The translations under genes and the position numbers were made by a program. A DNA stretch of 64,000 nt, taken from the NCBI GenBank assembly GCA_039028615.1, contig JBCCHT010000019.1, positions 128,001-192,000 of the forward strand, written 5' to 3'. Positions within the stretch are counted from its first letter, which is position 1, and every line of letters starts with the position of its first letter. The notes beneath the pieces are model-generated. The model saw only the letters and a program-made list of their open reading frames with translations, did not search any database and was not told where the DNA came from. Positions 48,083 through 59,734 of the stretch are shown here, one piece after another. The stretch is from Myxococcota bacterium (GTDB lineage Bacteria; Myxococcota_A; Polyangia; Nannocystales; Nannocystaceae).

Positions 48083-48445
48083 TTATTCGGCTGCCTTGGC
48101 GTCGCCGCCCTCGGGAGCCTTCGCTTCGGCTGCCTTGGCGTCGCCGGCCTCGGGAGCCTTCGCTTCGGCTGCCTTGGCGTCGCCGCCCTCGGGAGCCTTT
48201 GCCTCGCTCGGTTTGGCATCGCCCGGCTTGGCTTCGCCCTCGGGAGCCTTGGCGTCACCGCCATCGGCTTTCGCTTCGCCGCCGGCCGCCTTGGCGTCAC
48301 CCGGTTTGGCCGCGGCCTTCTTGCCGTCGTCCGTCTTGGCCTTCGCGCCCTTGGTCGCCTTGTCGGGAGCATCCGCGCACCCGGTCATGGACGCGGTGGT
48401 GGCGAGACAGAGGGTCATGAGGATGGTGGGGATTCGGTGCTTCAT
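48083..48445 (-). CDS. Low-complexity Ala/Lys/Glu repeat lipoprotein
   Basis: GAGG RBS; lipobox MTGC; repeats AKAPEGGDAKAAE. Confidence 0.7.
   Translation of the reverse strand: MKHRIPTILMTLCLATTASMTGCADAPDKATKGAKAKTDDGKKAAAKPGDAKAAGGEAKADGGDAKAPEGEAKPGDAKPSEAKAPEGGDAKAAEAKAPEAGDAKAAEAKAPEGGDAKAAE
48086..48202. repeat. Coding tandem repeat, about 3 x 39 bp
   Basis: Unit TTCGGCTGCCTTGGCGTCGCCG(C/G)CCTCGGGAGCCTT(C/T)GC. Confidence 0.85.
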
Positions 48446-48693
48446 GGTGGACCTCAGTGGGTGTGTCTTCACCATGAGCCGCCCGTGCCCGCGCTGCCGT
48501 CATGAGCCCTCCACCGTTTCGTCATGAAAGCATCACGGCCCGATCGTCGATTCGAGGCCGTCTGCAGGCTCTGTGGAGAAACAAGAGAGACATCTCACCC
48601 ATTCAGTGAGACAATTCCGCACAACCGCGATGCCCAGTGGCCAAGCCATGGATGCGGAACTACGGCCACTGCGTGGTCGGGGGTGGAGTGAAG

Positions 48694-49620
48694 ATGAGCG
48701 CGTACTCGTTGTTTGGCCTGGTCGCACTGACGATGAGCGTGGCCGCGTGCGCGGTCGGACCCAACGATCCGATCCCAGACTTCGGCCAAGACGGCGAGTC
48801 CCAGGGCGTGGGCACGGGCAGCGCGAGTGAGCCGAGCGACGACACCGCGGGCACGGCCGACGACGGAAGCGGGAGCGATGAGACCGGGGGTGACGAGACC
48901 GGCGACGGCACGAGCGACGGCGAGTCGGACGGAGCCTGCGGCGACGGGGTCATCGAAGCCGACGAGCAATGCGACGGCACCGAGCTCGGCACCATGACCT
49001 GCGACAGCCTCGGCTTCGACGGCGGCTCGCTGTCGTGTACGGACACCTGCGAGTACGACACCAGCGCCTGTGGGGGCGACGGACCCGTGTGCGGGGACGG
49101 CAGCACCAACGGCACCGAGGACTGCGACGGCACCGACCTGGGCAGCAACACGTGCACCGCCATGGGCTTCGAAGGCGGCACGCTGGGCTGCAACGGCGAC
49201 TGCACCTTCGACACCTCCGGCTGCACCAACGATGGGCCGGGCTGCGGCAACGGGAGCGTCGACGTCGGGGAACAATGCGATGGCCTCGACCTGGCGGGGC
49301 AGACCTGCATCAGCCAGGGCTTTGCCGGCGGTGGCATCCTGCTGTGCGACGCCAGCTGCAGCTTCGACACCTCGAACTGCATGGGCGGCGGCGGAGGGGC
49401 CTGCACCTTCGATGCGGACTGTGGCGGCGCGCAGTACTGCGAGGACGGCACCTGCTACGACGGAGTCGTGGGCGACCCCTGCACCTTCGACTCGGACTGC
49501 ATGTCGGACATCTGCCTGACCTTCGATGACGTGTGCAGCGACGGCAACGCGGGCGATCCATGCACCTTCAACAGCGAGTGCATGAGCGGCTCCTGTGGCG
49601 TCGCCGACGTGTGTGACTGA
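48694..49620 (+). CDS. Myxobacterial Cys-rich repeat lipoprotein
   Basis: Lipobox VAAC; 3 x CGxG...ExCDG..L...TC...GF.GG.L.C...C.(F/Y)DTS.C; 3 x (D/G)xCTFxxxC. Confidence 0.85.
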   Translation: MSAYSLFGLVALTMSVAACAVGPNDPIPDFGQDGESQGVGTGSASEPSDDTAGTADDGSGSDETGGDETGDGTSDGESDGACGDGVIEADEQCDGTELGTMTCDSLGFDGGSLSCTDTCEYDTSACGGDGPVCGDGSTNGTEDCDGTDLGSNTCTAMGFEGGTLGCNGDCTFDTSGCTNDGPGCGNGSVDVGEQCDGLDLAGQTCISQGFAGGGILLCDASCSFDTSNCMGGGGGACTFDADCGGAQYCEDGTCYDGVVGDPCTFDSDCMSDICLTFDDVCSDGNAGDPCTFNSECMSGSCGVADVCD

Positions 49621-49719
49621 CCCCCTCCGACGATTTTCTCCACGAGGGGCGTAATCTCGTCACATCTGGATCATTATCCAGGCAGAAGCTCGGCTTCGCC
49701 TGACTACTTAGATTTCGAG

Positions 49720-51183
49720 ATGATTGGATTCGACCGAATACTCGTGTGGGCAATCGTGGGATGGGTCTCGGCGACCGGGTGCGGGCCGTCCACGGGCGCT
49801 CCCCCACCGCAGACCTGTGGCGGCGACGATCCGGTCAAACTCGTCGATCTTCCCCCCGACACCGGGTGGCGAACCCTGGCTGCCTCCACCGAACAATTCG
49901 TCATGGAACGATGGGTCCTCGAGCAAGAGGACCAGACCGCCACGCAGCAGGCGTTCGTACTCGAGGCATGCGGCGAGTCGGTGGTCGAGCTGTCCGCAGC
50001 CACCACGGCTCCCACGGAGCACTTCGGGGTCGCTGGACCGTGGCCTCTCGCGGTGGACATCGAGGATGGCAGCGCACGTTGGCTCGACCCCACGGGCACT
50101 GCGCCCAGCCATCCCGTCTTCCCCTCCACCATCAGCTGCGTTCAGGAGGTCGCGGGGGGCTTGGCGGCCTTGGGCTCGGACGGCACGGTGTGGTTCCACC
50201 CCGACCCAGCCGAGCCTTCGCTTGATGCGGTACCCGTCATCACTGGCGTTCGGCGGCCCGACTGGCCCCGGATCCCGCTCGGCGACTTCACCCGCTGCGA
50301 ACTCCTCGATGCCGACATCCCTGTCGCCGATGCCGATGGCGATGCCCTCCTCGTCATGCTCGACGAGGGCCCGCTCGTGCGGGTCACCGTGCCCACCGGA
50401 GAGCAAGAGACCATCATCGATGGACCCGTCAGCCAGTTCATGAGCATGGACGACCCGCGCTACATCCTGTGGCGCGGAGGCTCCGAGCTCGATCCGGACT
50501 CCGACTGCTGCACCGTGCGCGCGCGCGACCGCGAGACGGGCGAGGACATCTCCGTCGGTGGTGACCTTTTCCCCGTCAACTCGGGGGCGTACTGGGTGAG
50601 TTCATTGCAGTGGGGCCCCACCTTCGAAAACCAAGGCACCGTGTTCACCCACGCCGCGACCGGTGCGACCGTCCGTGTGGATGGGTGGTGGACGCCCGAG
50701 GCCGTGCTGTCCGACACTCAGTTGTTGGTCGCACCCGTCGACGAACTCGGCACCGCCATCGTCGACCTGACCACGGGCGTCGTCGGGCCCTCGCCTCTGC
50801 CCGCTCCCCCCCTTTACCTCGAGCCCACCTACCCTGACGGTGTCACCGGGCTCGAGCTCGTCGGCGATGCCGAGAGCGGCCGACTCCACTTCCTGCCCTT
50901 CGACGGCAGCCCCGCTCGAGTCCTGGCCGAAAACGTCGGCGACGACTTCGTCCGTACTCAGACCGGCACGCTCGTCTACGTGGACCGCGTTTCACCCGCC
51001 GACACCTACGGACCCCTGGTGATGGTCACGCGCGCCGGAGAGCGCACCGTCATCCACGACCACGCCAGCTCGCCCTGGGTGCCGTTCCACGGCGAAGCGC
51101 GCGAGCGCAACGAGGTCCTGTTCGTCCGGCAGGATCCACAGACTGGCGACCGCTCGTTGTGGCGCTACGTCTTGCCCGAGTAG
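49720..51183 (+). CDS. Hypothetical lipoprotein (beta-propeller-like)
   Basis: Lipobox ATGC; long GC3-biased ORF. Confidence 0.7.
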   Translation: MIGFDRILVWAIVGWVSATGCGPSTGAPPPQTCGGDDPVKLVDLPPDTGWRTLAASTEQFVMERWVLEQEDQTATQQAFVLEACGESVVELSAATTAPTEHFGVAGPWPLAVDIEDGSARWLDPTGTAPSHPVFPSTISCVQEVAGGLAALGSDGTVWFHPDPAEPSLDAVPVITGVRRPDWPRIPLGDFTRCELLDADIPVADADGDALLVMLDEGPLVRVTVPTGEQETIIDGPVSQFMSMDDPRYILWRGGSELDPDSDCCTVRARDRETGEDISVGGDLFPVNSGAYWVSSLQWGPTFENQGTVFTHAATGATVRVDGWWTPEAVLSDTQLLVAPVDELGTAIVDLTTGVVGPSPLPAPPLYLEPTYPDGVTGLELVGDAESGRLHFLPFDGSPARVLAENVGDDFVRTQTGTLVYVDRVSPADTYGPLVMVTRAGERTVIHDHASSPWVPFHGEARERNEVLFVRQDPQTGDRSLWRYVLPE

Positions 51184-51187
51184 CTCG

Positions 51188-51646
51188 CTAGCGGGCGAGT
51201 TGCTGCACCACCGCCAGCGCCTCGGGGATGTGCTTCTTCGCACGCAGCTGCGAGGAGAACACGTGGCGCACCACGCCGCTGCGGTCGATCACGAACGTCA
51301 CGCGCCCGGGCAACAGCCCCAGCGTTCGCTTCACGCCGAAGATCTTGGTCAGCTTGCCGTCACGGTCGCTCAACAGCGGAAAGGGCAGGCGATGGTGCTT
51401 GGCGAAGCTGCGGTGGCTGTCGTCGGAATCCGGGCTCACGCCCACCACTCGCGCTCCCGCGTCGCTGAAGCTGGAGAACTCGTCGCGAAACAGACACGCC
51501 TCGGCGGTGCATCCCGGGGTCTCGTCGGCGGGATAGAAGTACAGCACCAGGACCTGCTCGAGTTCACACGCACCCAACTCGACGATCTCGCCGTCGTGGG
51601 CCGTGGCTTTGAAAGCAGGAACTCGATCTCCAACGCGCAGAGGCAC
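51188..51646 (-). CDS. bcp: Peroxiredoxin BCP/PrxQ
   Basis: YFYPADETPGCTAEAC.FRD, GVSPD, LLSD, RVTFVID. Confidence 0.93.
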   Translation of the reverse strand: MPLRVGDRVPAFKATAHDGEIVELGACELEQVLVLYFYPADETPGCTAEACLFRDEFSSFSDAGARVVGVSPDSDDSHRSFAKHHRLPFPLLSDRDGKLTKIFGVKRTLGLLPGRVTFVIDRSGVVRHVFSSQLRAKKHIPEALAVVQQLAR

Positions 51647-51889
51647 GCCCCGGAGGTAGCAAATCCAGCGCCTGCGACAAACGATCGCAGCGAAAAAACG
51701 GCGTCCGCGGCATTCCCGGGCGAATTGCAGCGCCGTTTGAGAATCATCCGCTCAACAAACGTGGGCGGGCGTAACGGTTTTGCCTGCCGTGGATATGCCC
51801 TGGTGCCGGACGGTCCGCCTCGCCGCTCCTCTGACACACCTGCCTACATCTCCCGACGTAGGCCTCACTCCCAGCCCCGCGTGGTCCCC

Positions 51890-53239
<1,350 letters not shown>

Positions 53240-53241
53240 GC

Positions 53242-54021
53242 TCAGCCGCGCCCGTACAGCTCCGCGATCGCGGTCCGGTCATCCTCGGTCCAGTGCGAGG
53301 TCGGGTGGGTCTCCGAGATCTGCGAGTTCATCACCGAGGGCGCCGTGCCTTCGGTCGGGGTGCCCGGGATGTGATGGGCTCCGATCGGGCAGCGGGCCTC
53401 GCTTCGCTCCTTCCAGTCGGTGTGGCGCAGCCCCATCGCGTGGCCGATCTCGTGCATGTACGTCGCCACCGTGAACTCGCGAAGCGCTTCATTGTCGGCA
53501 TCGAAATCCTCGTTGCGCGTGCCGATGACGATGACCGGCCCGGGTAGCCCGTTGGCATCGGGCCAGGTCGCATACGCCTCGTCGGTGAACTCCTCGAGCT
53601 CCACCAAAATTTCCGCGTCGCACCGCTGCGGCGTGGGCGTATCCGTGGCGACGAATCGGTAGCGAAGCGAAAGCGCGTTCCATCGCAGCAGCGCCGTATC
53701 GAGCGTCGCCCGCAGCTTCGGAAAACCCGTCGCGATCTGCCACGTCACGATGCAGATGGTCGCGTCATCGCTCAGTCGAACCAGGTTCTCCGCCCGATAG
53801 TGGCGAAAGCGGGGGCCGTCCAACGCCCGGGACGCCTCTAGCCCCATGACGATATCCCCTTGGACGACCACCCGCTCTCCCACTACTGCCATGTCGTGCA
53901 TCGAGTACCCCGCCCCTAGCAGGTTCTCGACGATCTCCTCGAGTTCCGCCTCGCTGGCTGGTGCCCCCACGCACCCGGCCATCGCCGTTGCGACGACGAG
54001 ACAGTGAACTCGAGCAGGCAC
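53242..54021 (-). CDS. M57-family (HEIGH) zinc metalloprotease lipoprotein; start uncertain
   Basis: MAGC lipobox; VQGDI; HEIGHAMGLRHTD; HIPGTP; SVM Met-turn. Confidence 0.88.
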   Translation of the reverse strand: MPARVHCLVVATAMAGCVGAPASEAELEEIVENLLGAGYSMHDMAVVGERVVVQGDIVMGLEASRALDGPRFRHYRAENLVRLSDDATICIVTWQIATGFPKLRATLDTALLRWNALSLRYRFVATDTPTPQRCDAEILVELEEFTDEAYATWPDANGLPGPVIVIGTRNEDFDADNEALREFTVATYMHEIGHAMGLRHTDWKERSEARCPIGAHHIPGTPTEGTAPSVMNSQISETHPTSHWTEDDRTAIAELYGRG

Positions 54022-54026
54022 GAACC

Positions 54027-55346
54027 ATGAGTGCCACAACGGAAACGGATCTATTCACCCTCAGGCGCGTCATCGACACCTTCGACCCTTGGCCGCGGGA
54101 CGAACATCGGTGGATACCCCCTGTCGTGGTCCCCACTGACGACGCCGTAACGAGCCCTCTGCGCCGACGCAGATCGAGCCTCGCCGCCTGGGCCTTGGCC
54201 CTCTCGGCGTTCGCCGTGCTGGGGATTCGAGAGTTCACCGGTCACTCGGGCTCGCTCGCGGGGCACCCGTTCGCCGCGCAGGGCGAGGCCTGTCGCGGCC
54301 TCGCCCGCACGGCCGTCATCCCCGCTCCGCCCGCCGCACCACCGTCCATGCCTCCCGTGGCCGCCGCCCCCGAGCGTGAAGACGACGGCCCCGCGTTCAC
54401 CCGCTACGGCAACTTCGCCATCACCCACGAGCGCTTTCGTTCGCGTGGCAATCGCAACGAGATCATCGAGCGCATCGTGGGGCCCGGCTACCGACACGCC
54501 GACTGGCGCGACGTCCTCACCGTGCCGGGTGACGGTGGAGGGCTGCTGGACGTCGTCGAGTTCATGGAGCGGCTACACATCGGCCCCGGAAAGCAGACAC
54601 CCCTGGTGACGCTGCGCGGCAAAGAGACCCGCTGGGATCGCAAGCGCAAGACGACGCGAGATTTCTTCGTCATGGGGCTGAGCGGAAAGAAGACCCGGCA
54701 CGGAGACGTCGAGGCCGACTACCGCAAGCTGATCGCGGTGGGGTCATGGCAAGGGCGACGCCCCCTGCTGGCCGTCCGCAAGACCCCGCCGCTCGACTAC
54801 TTCGAGGGTTTTCGCCGCCGTCGGCTCCCCCGCGGCTGGGAGGCGGACAACGGCAGCCAACACCCCTGCAAGATCTTCGTCGAGTCGAGGCACCTCACCC
54901 TCGATCTCCACCCCAACGCCGGAGGTTATGTCAGCGGCGGCGTGTTCACCGACGTCGATCTGCCCGTCTCCAACGACACGGTGATCGGCTTCGACATGTT
55001 CACGCTGACCTCGTCGATCGATCCCACGCAGCGTACGAGCGACGAGCAGCGCGTAGGCTCGACCATCACCCTCGACCTCGTGCTCCAAGACGGCCGCACG
55101 GTGCAGACCAGCTATGCCTACGGCTTCTACCTGGAGCGCGGCTTCACCGAGCGCCCCGGCTGGAAGCAGGTCCAGCGTCACCAACCCCGCATGGTGTGGC
55201 AGCGCGGGCTCCGTCACCGCATCCGCGACACGTGGCCCGATGCCGTCGCGCTGCGCCGCATCGCCTTCCATGGCTACGGCAAGCGCTACGAGGTGAGCCT
55301 CGACAACCTCATGGTGTTCGAGCTCCCCGCCGGCTGGGCGCTATGA
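54027..55346 (+). CDS. Hypothetical membrane-anchored protein; start uncertain
   Basis: One TM helix, Pro-rich linker, beta-rich C-terminal domain. Confidence 0.6.
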   Translation: MSATTETDLFTLRRVIDTFDPWPRDEHRWIPPVVVPTDDAVTSPLRRRRSSLAAWALALSAFAVLGIREFTGHSGSLAGHPFAAQGEACRGLARTAVIPAPPAAPPSMPPVAAAPEREDDGPAFTRYGNFAITHERFRSRGNRNEIIERIVGPGYRHADWRDVLTVPGDGGGLLDVVEFMERLHIGPGKQTPLVTLRGKETRWDRKRKTTRDFFVMGLSGKKTRHGDVEADYRKLIAVGSWQGRRPLLAVRKTPPLDYFEGFRRRRLPRGWEADNGSQHPCKIFVESRHLTLDLHPNAGGYVSGGVFTDVDLPVSNDTVIGFDMFTLTSSIDPTQRTSDEQRVGSTITLDLVLQDGRTVQTSYAYGFYLERGFTERPGWKQVQRHQPRMVWQRGLRHRIRDTWPDAVALRRIAFHGYGKRYEVSLDNLMVFELPAGWAL

Positions 55347-55348
55347 GC

Positions 55349-58123
55349 CTACTTGCGCCACGTGACCTGCACGGTGGCCTTCGCCCCCTCGGGCGCGCCT
55401 TCGCCGGGCGCCTGCACCTCGAACGAAAAACCCAGGTCGGGCACGGCCGCGCTGGTGAAGGGTAGGTGCTCGTTCATGGTGGGCTGACCGTCGTCGAAGC
55501 GGGTCTTGGCCGCAGACTCGACCTCGCCCTTCTTCACGAGCGCACCATCGACGACCTCGAACCACTCCATCGCGGCCGGGAACGGCTCATGTGAAAATGG
55601 AGCGTCCTGGGTCTGCATGTAGCGAAAGGTCGAGGGGCGGAGGCGGAACTTGCCCGCACGCTGGTCGAACATCTCGCCCGCCCGCGCCCAGCGGGCGCGC
55701 TCGGGACCCGGCAGGAAGTCGTCGATCTCGTAGCCGTAGCGCAGGGGCTTGCCGTCCACGAGCAAGGCACGGGCCGGCGGCGTCTCGCCGGAACAGCCCG
55801 GCTCCCCCTTGGGCGGGAAGTCGGCCGGGTAGTACTCGGGGCTGCGCACGAAGCAGACGGTCTTGGCAAAGGCCGCCCGGAGCTTGGCCTGGTCCTCGTC
55901 GGCGACCGCGTAGCGGGTGTCGTTGGCGGCCGCGCTCCCCTGGAACCAGGCGGAGAACTCGGGCACCTCGATCTCGTTGGGGTTGGCGTCGACGACCAGC
56001 AGCGAGCCCTTCCCCGGGCCGTTGTCTGCCGGGTCGTTTTGGCTCCACGCGTACTCGCCGTCGAAGTACCACAGCACGACTCCCGGTCGGGGTCGGCGCA
56101 CCATCGCTCGCATCGTGCCGTCGGTGGGCGAGGCAAAGAAGCGATGACTGGTGCGCGCCAGGGTTCGATCGTAGCGGTCTTCGCCCGAGGCCGCGGTCGG
56201 GTCGCGATACTCGAGCACGTAGTAATGCGGCACCAGTAGCTCCTGCTTGGCCGGGCTCCGCGAGAAGCCATCGAGCACCCACGACTCGGCGTCCGACTCG
56301 AAGTCGAAGGCCCCCTCACGCCCGGTGACGGTCACGTTGTCGACCACCAGCCCGCGCATGACCGCCGCCATGTCGGTGAAGTAGCGCAGCCGGATCTTGG
56401 CCTGCGTGCCCCGCAGCGAGGACAGATCGAACTTCACCTTCACCCAGCTCGGCTGGAGGCAGGGCAGCGTCTTGCCCACCCGCTCGTCGGCGGGAGGCAA
56501 GGCCTGGCTGGGATCGCAAGAGGAACGGCTCTCGTTCTTGCCATCACCGTCGAGGTCACCCGACAGCCCGGTGAACCCGGGGAGCGTGGTCTTGCCGTCG
56601 TGCCCGTGCTTGGCGGGCATGTGCGCCCGGTCGGTGGGCAACAAGCGGGTCCAGGTGACGCCATCGTCGGTGGTGGCCTCGACGTAGGCGAAGTCCCAGC
56701 CCGCTTCGATCTCCCACCACGCATCGAATTCGAGGGTCAGCGGCCCCTCGGGGGCCTCGGTGAAATCCACGGGCAGCGTGGCGGTGCGCCGCATCTCGTT
56801 GCCCTGCCCGCTGTACAGCGCCAGCGTCCCCGACGGATAGGGCTCGAGCGCGATCGTGCGGCGCTTGGGTGGCAGCACCACCATCGCGGCCCGATTGGCG
56901 TCCGCGCCCGTCACCCCATCGAGCGCGACCAAGTCCACCGCCGCCTCGCGTTCGCCTCCGGCCGACGGGTGCCGCAGCACGGTGGGCTCGAGCCACCCCA
57001 GCTGCATCCGCGACCAGGCCGACAGGCTCTGCGGGGAAGTCGACGCCGTGCTCGACATCAGCTCCCACGCCCCGGTGGAGTTGGTGGTCTTCTTGGCGTA
57101 GACGTCGGGCAGGCCGATGGAGTGGCCGAACTCGTGCACGAAGGTATCGATGCTCGTGTACTCCGACTGCATGTTGTAGTCGCGAGCCCACAGCGTCTCG
57201 GTAATGGGCGCCCCGCCGCGGCGGTTGTCGCCCTTGGGCAGGTCTGGGCCCAGCCCCTCGCGCCGCTGGATCATGAAGCGATGCGGCCATAGTCGCTCGG
57301 CGCACTCTCGCTGCCGCGGCGTGAGCGTGGCGAGCACCTTCGGCGTCGCGTCTTGCACGAGCACCTTGTCCAGCTCGTTGAGCCGCTGGCAGCTCGATTG
57401 CCCGGCCCCGGCGTAGATCAGCACGAAGTGGTCGATGTAGCCGTCCGCTTCGTCGAGTTCACCGTCCCCGTCGTGATCGTTGGGATCCCAGCGATCGTAG
57501 TCGCCCCACGAAAGATCGGGATGCGCTGCGCCGAGCTGGCCGAGCGCCTCCTCGACCATGCCCTCGGTGTCGTGGTCGCTCCGCCACTCGCCGCCCTCGG
57601 GCTTGTGCGGCGCGCCGTAGGCCGCACGCGGCTTGGACAGGGTCACGGGCGGGAGCACCTTACCCAGCACGTGGTACTTCCCGCCGCTCTGATCCGCGTA
57701 GTAGTGGGACAGCGTATCGCGACGCTCGAAGGTCGGGTCGAAGAGCATCTGCTGGTAGAAGTCGGCCAGCTGCTCGCCTTGCTCGGGCGTGTCCGCGAAG
57801 CGGTCGAAGTGCTTGTCGGGGAAGTCGACCAACACCACCAACAGCTGGTGAGGGCGCTCCTTCGTCGCACGCGGCGAAGGGGCGGAGTCCCAGTTGGTGA
57901 CCGGGTTCCCCAGCTCGGAGAAGCGCAGATCGGCGAGCGCCTCGACCAGCGTCCCCTCGGGGGTCGTCGGCTTCGCCTTGGGCTCGACTCCCGGTTTCGC
58001 CGCCGCGGCCGGCTTGGCCGGCCCTTGCTTCTTCGCGTTGGCGTCCGAAGTTCCCTTGGACCCCGAGCAGCCGGCCAGACCGACGAGCAACAGGGGGAGC
58101 AACAGCCGGCTCGAGTTCGACAT
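55349..58123 (-). CDS. M6 family (immune inhibitor A-like) metalloprotease lipoprotein
   Basis: Lipobox LAGC; VVLVDFPD; DGYIDH; HEFGHSIGLPD; WELMS; WEIEAGWDF; FTD...RG..VD. Confidence 0.92.
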   Translation of the reverse strand: MSNSSRLLLPLLLVGLAGCSGSKGTSDANAKKQGPAKPAAAAKPGVEPKAKPTTPEGTLVEALADLRFSELGNPVTNWDSAPSPRATKERPHQLLVVLVDFPDKHFDRFADTPEQGEQLADFYQQMLFDPTFERRDTLSHYYADQSGGKYHVLGKVLPPVTLSKPRAAYGAPHKPEGGEWRSDHDTEGMVEEALGQLGAAHPDLSWGDYDRWDPNDHDGDGELDEADGYIDHFVLIYAGAGQSSCQRLNELDKVLVQDATPKVLATLTPRQRECAERLWPHRFMIQRREGLGPDLPKGDNRRGGAPITETLWARDYNMQSEYTSIDTFVHEFGHSIGLPDVYAKKTTNSTGAWELMSSTASTSPQSLSAWSRMQLGWLEPTVLRHPSAGGEREAAVDLVALDGVTGADANRAAMVVLPPKRRTIALEPYPSGTLALYSGQGNEMRRTATLPVDFTEAPEGPLTLEFDAWWEIEAGWDFAYVEATTDDGVTWTRLLPTDRAHMPAKHGHDGKTTLPGFTGLSGDLDGDGKNESRSSCDPSQALPPADERVGKTLPCLQPSWVKVKFDLSSLRGTQAKIRLRYFTDMAAVMRGLVVDNVTVTGREGAFDFESDAESWVLDGFSRSPAKQELLVPHYYVLEYRDPTAASGEDRYDRTLARTSHRFFASPTDGTMRAMVRRPRPGVVLWYFDGEYAWSQNDPADNGPGKGSLLVVDANPNEIEVPEFSAWFQGSAAANDTRYAVADEDQAKLRAAFAKTVCFVRSPEYYPADFPPKGEPGCSGETPPARALLVDGKPLRYGYEIDDFLPGPERARWARAGEMFDQRAGKFRLRPSTFRYMQTQDAPFSHEPFPAAMEWFEVVDGALVKKGEVESAAKTRFDDGQPTMNEHLPFTSAAVPDLGFSFEVQAPGEGAPEGAKATVQVTWRK

Positions 58124-58173
58124 GGCGTCGATCTATCACAAGATCGACGCCCGGCGTCGGCCCGGGCCGGGGC

Positions 58174-59280
58174 TCACTTGCCGCCGACGTGGTCCATGCT
58201 CGCGGCGACGAGCTTCTCGAGCTTGTCCTCGTTGGTGCGGAAGCGGGTGGCCTTCATCTTGGTCATGAAGTGCCTCACCGCGGGCGCGTAACGGCTGCTG
58301 GCGTGGTCCTTCAGGAAGCGCTCGTAGGACGCTCGGTACTCCGGCGTGACCAGGCAGGGGGGTCGCTCGAAGTCACGCAGGCAGATCTCGAGATAGGTCC
58401 GCGCCATCACGTCGGCGCTGGACTTGGCGTCGCTGGACCACACCGGATCGGACTTGCTGCTTACCGCCTCCCACTTGATCACCGCCTCGGCGACCTCGTC
58501 GGCGTTGCCCACGAACCCCGGCTCGTCCCAGGCGTCGTCGACCTTGTCCGCCTCCCAGGCCTTCGCGGTGTAGAAGGCCTTGGCCTGCGGCGACAGCCCC
58601 GGGGCCATCGCGGTCACGAACCAGGCGTGGTCGAGCTCGAGGTCGTACTCGCCCTCGCCCAGGTAGGCCACCCGCAGCCCCAGCGACTCGAAGAGCTTCA
58701 CCTTGTCGCGAGCGCCATCGGTCATCTCGTCGTCGAGGCAGTTCTTGCTCATGAAGCAGATGGCGGGCTGGATGTCCGGCGAGTCGTACTCCCCGTGGGT
58801 CAGCTGCGGGAGGTTGCCTTTCCAGAACTCGAGCAGCGCCTCGATGGCCTTGCGACGGGTGGCCTCGTCGATCTTCGCCCCCGGCTTGCCGAAGGTGGCG
58901 TTGAACATCGCCATCGCCTTGGCCGATTTGTCCGGATTGGCGAAGTCGAGCTTGCGGATCTCCTCCACGAAGGACTCGGGAGGCACGCCGGGCCCAGCAT
59001 CGGCGCTCGGACTCGCGTCGGCGTCCGCCTTGGCATCCGCGTCCGCCTTGCCCTTGGCGTCATCGGCTTTGCCCTTGGCATCCGCGTCCGCCTTGTTCTT
59101 CGCATCCGTCGCCTTGGCGGCGTCGCCTTCCTTCTTCGCATCGGCGTCGGCCTTGCCCTTCGTCTGCGCCTTCGCTTCCGCCGTAGCGTCCGCTTTGGCC
59201 TTCGTTTCCTTCTTGGGATCGCTCGAAGCCGAATCGCAGGCCACGAGAAGAGCGATGGGGACGAGATACTTCTTGAGCAT
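58174..59280 (-). CDS. Hypothetical lipoprotein with Ala/Asp/Lys-rich linker
   Basis: Lipobox LVAC; KADADAK repeats; helical C-terminal domain. Confidence 0.75.
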   Translation of the reverse strand: MLKKYLVPIALLVACDSASSDPKKETKAKADATAEAKAQTKGKADADAKKEGDAAKATDAKNKADADAKGKADDAKGKADADAKADADASPSADAGPGVPPESFVEEIRKLDFANPDKSAKAMAMFNATFGKPGAKIDEATRRKAIEALLEFWKGNLPQLTHGEYDSPDIQPAICFMSKNCLDDEMTDGARDKVKLFESLGLRVAYLGEGEYDLELDHAWFVTAMAPGLSPQAKAFYTAKAWEADKVDDAWDEPGFVGNADEVAEAVIKWEAVSSKSDPVWSSDAKSSADVMARTYLEICLRDFERPPCLVTPEYRASYERFLKDHASSRYAPAVRHFMTKMKATRFRTNEDKLEKLVAASMDHVGGK

Positions 59281-59734
59281 GGCGAAACTCGGGTCTGGGA
59301 AGAGGGTATGTCGTAGCGCCCGCCCTTCATTCACTCGCCGGCCCCGAAAATCGTGAGCATACTCCGTCGGGCTCGCAGGGGCGGCTCCCTCGTCGCGACG
59401 GCGCCCGCTCGCCTTAATCTTCACCTGTTTTTTCGCGAGACAGACGAGAGCGTCACCGTCGCGCTCGGCCGGAGCCATACGTCGGCATCGCGCCGTCACA
59501 GGCTGTCGACAGCCTTCACCCGGCTTTGATGCGCTAGGTGGCCGTCTTGACGGGGTGACGGCCGCTGATAGTTTGGCGTTCGTCGTGAAAACTCGATCGC
59601 CCGCATGCCGCGGGTGAAGGCAATGTGCCAGTCCGTCGCACGTAGAGGCATGACCACCACCGTGGTTCATGCGCTGCGTGTTTGCGGGGGTACGAGCCAG
59701 TCACGGCACTTCGCACGAACGAGGAAGCATCAGG

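Noticed and set aside
48086..48202. CRISPR-like repeats
   Set aside because: Contiguous 39-bp in-frame coding repeats without spacers; no cas genes.
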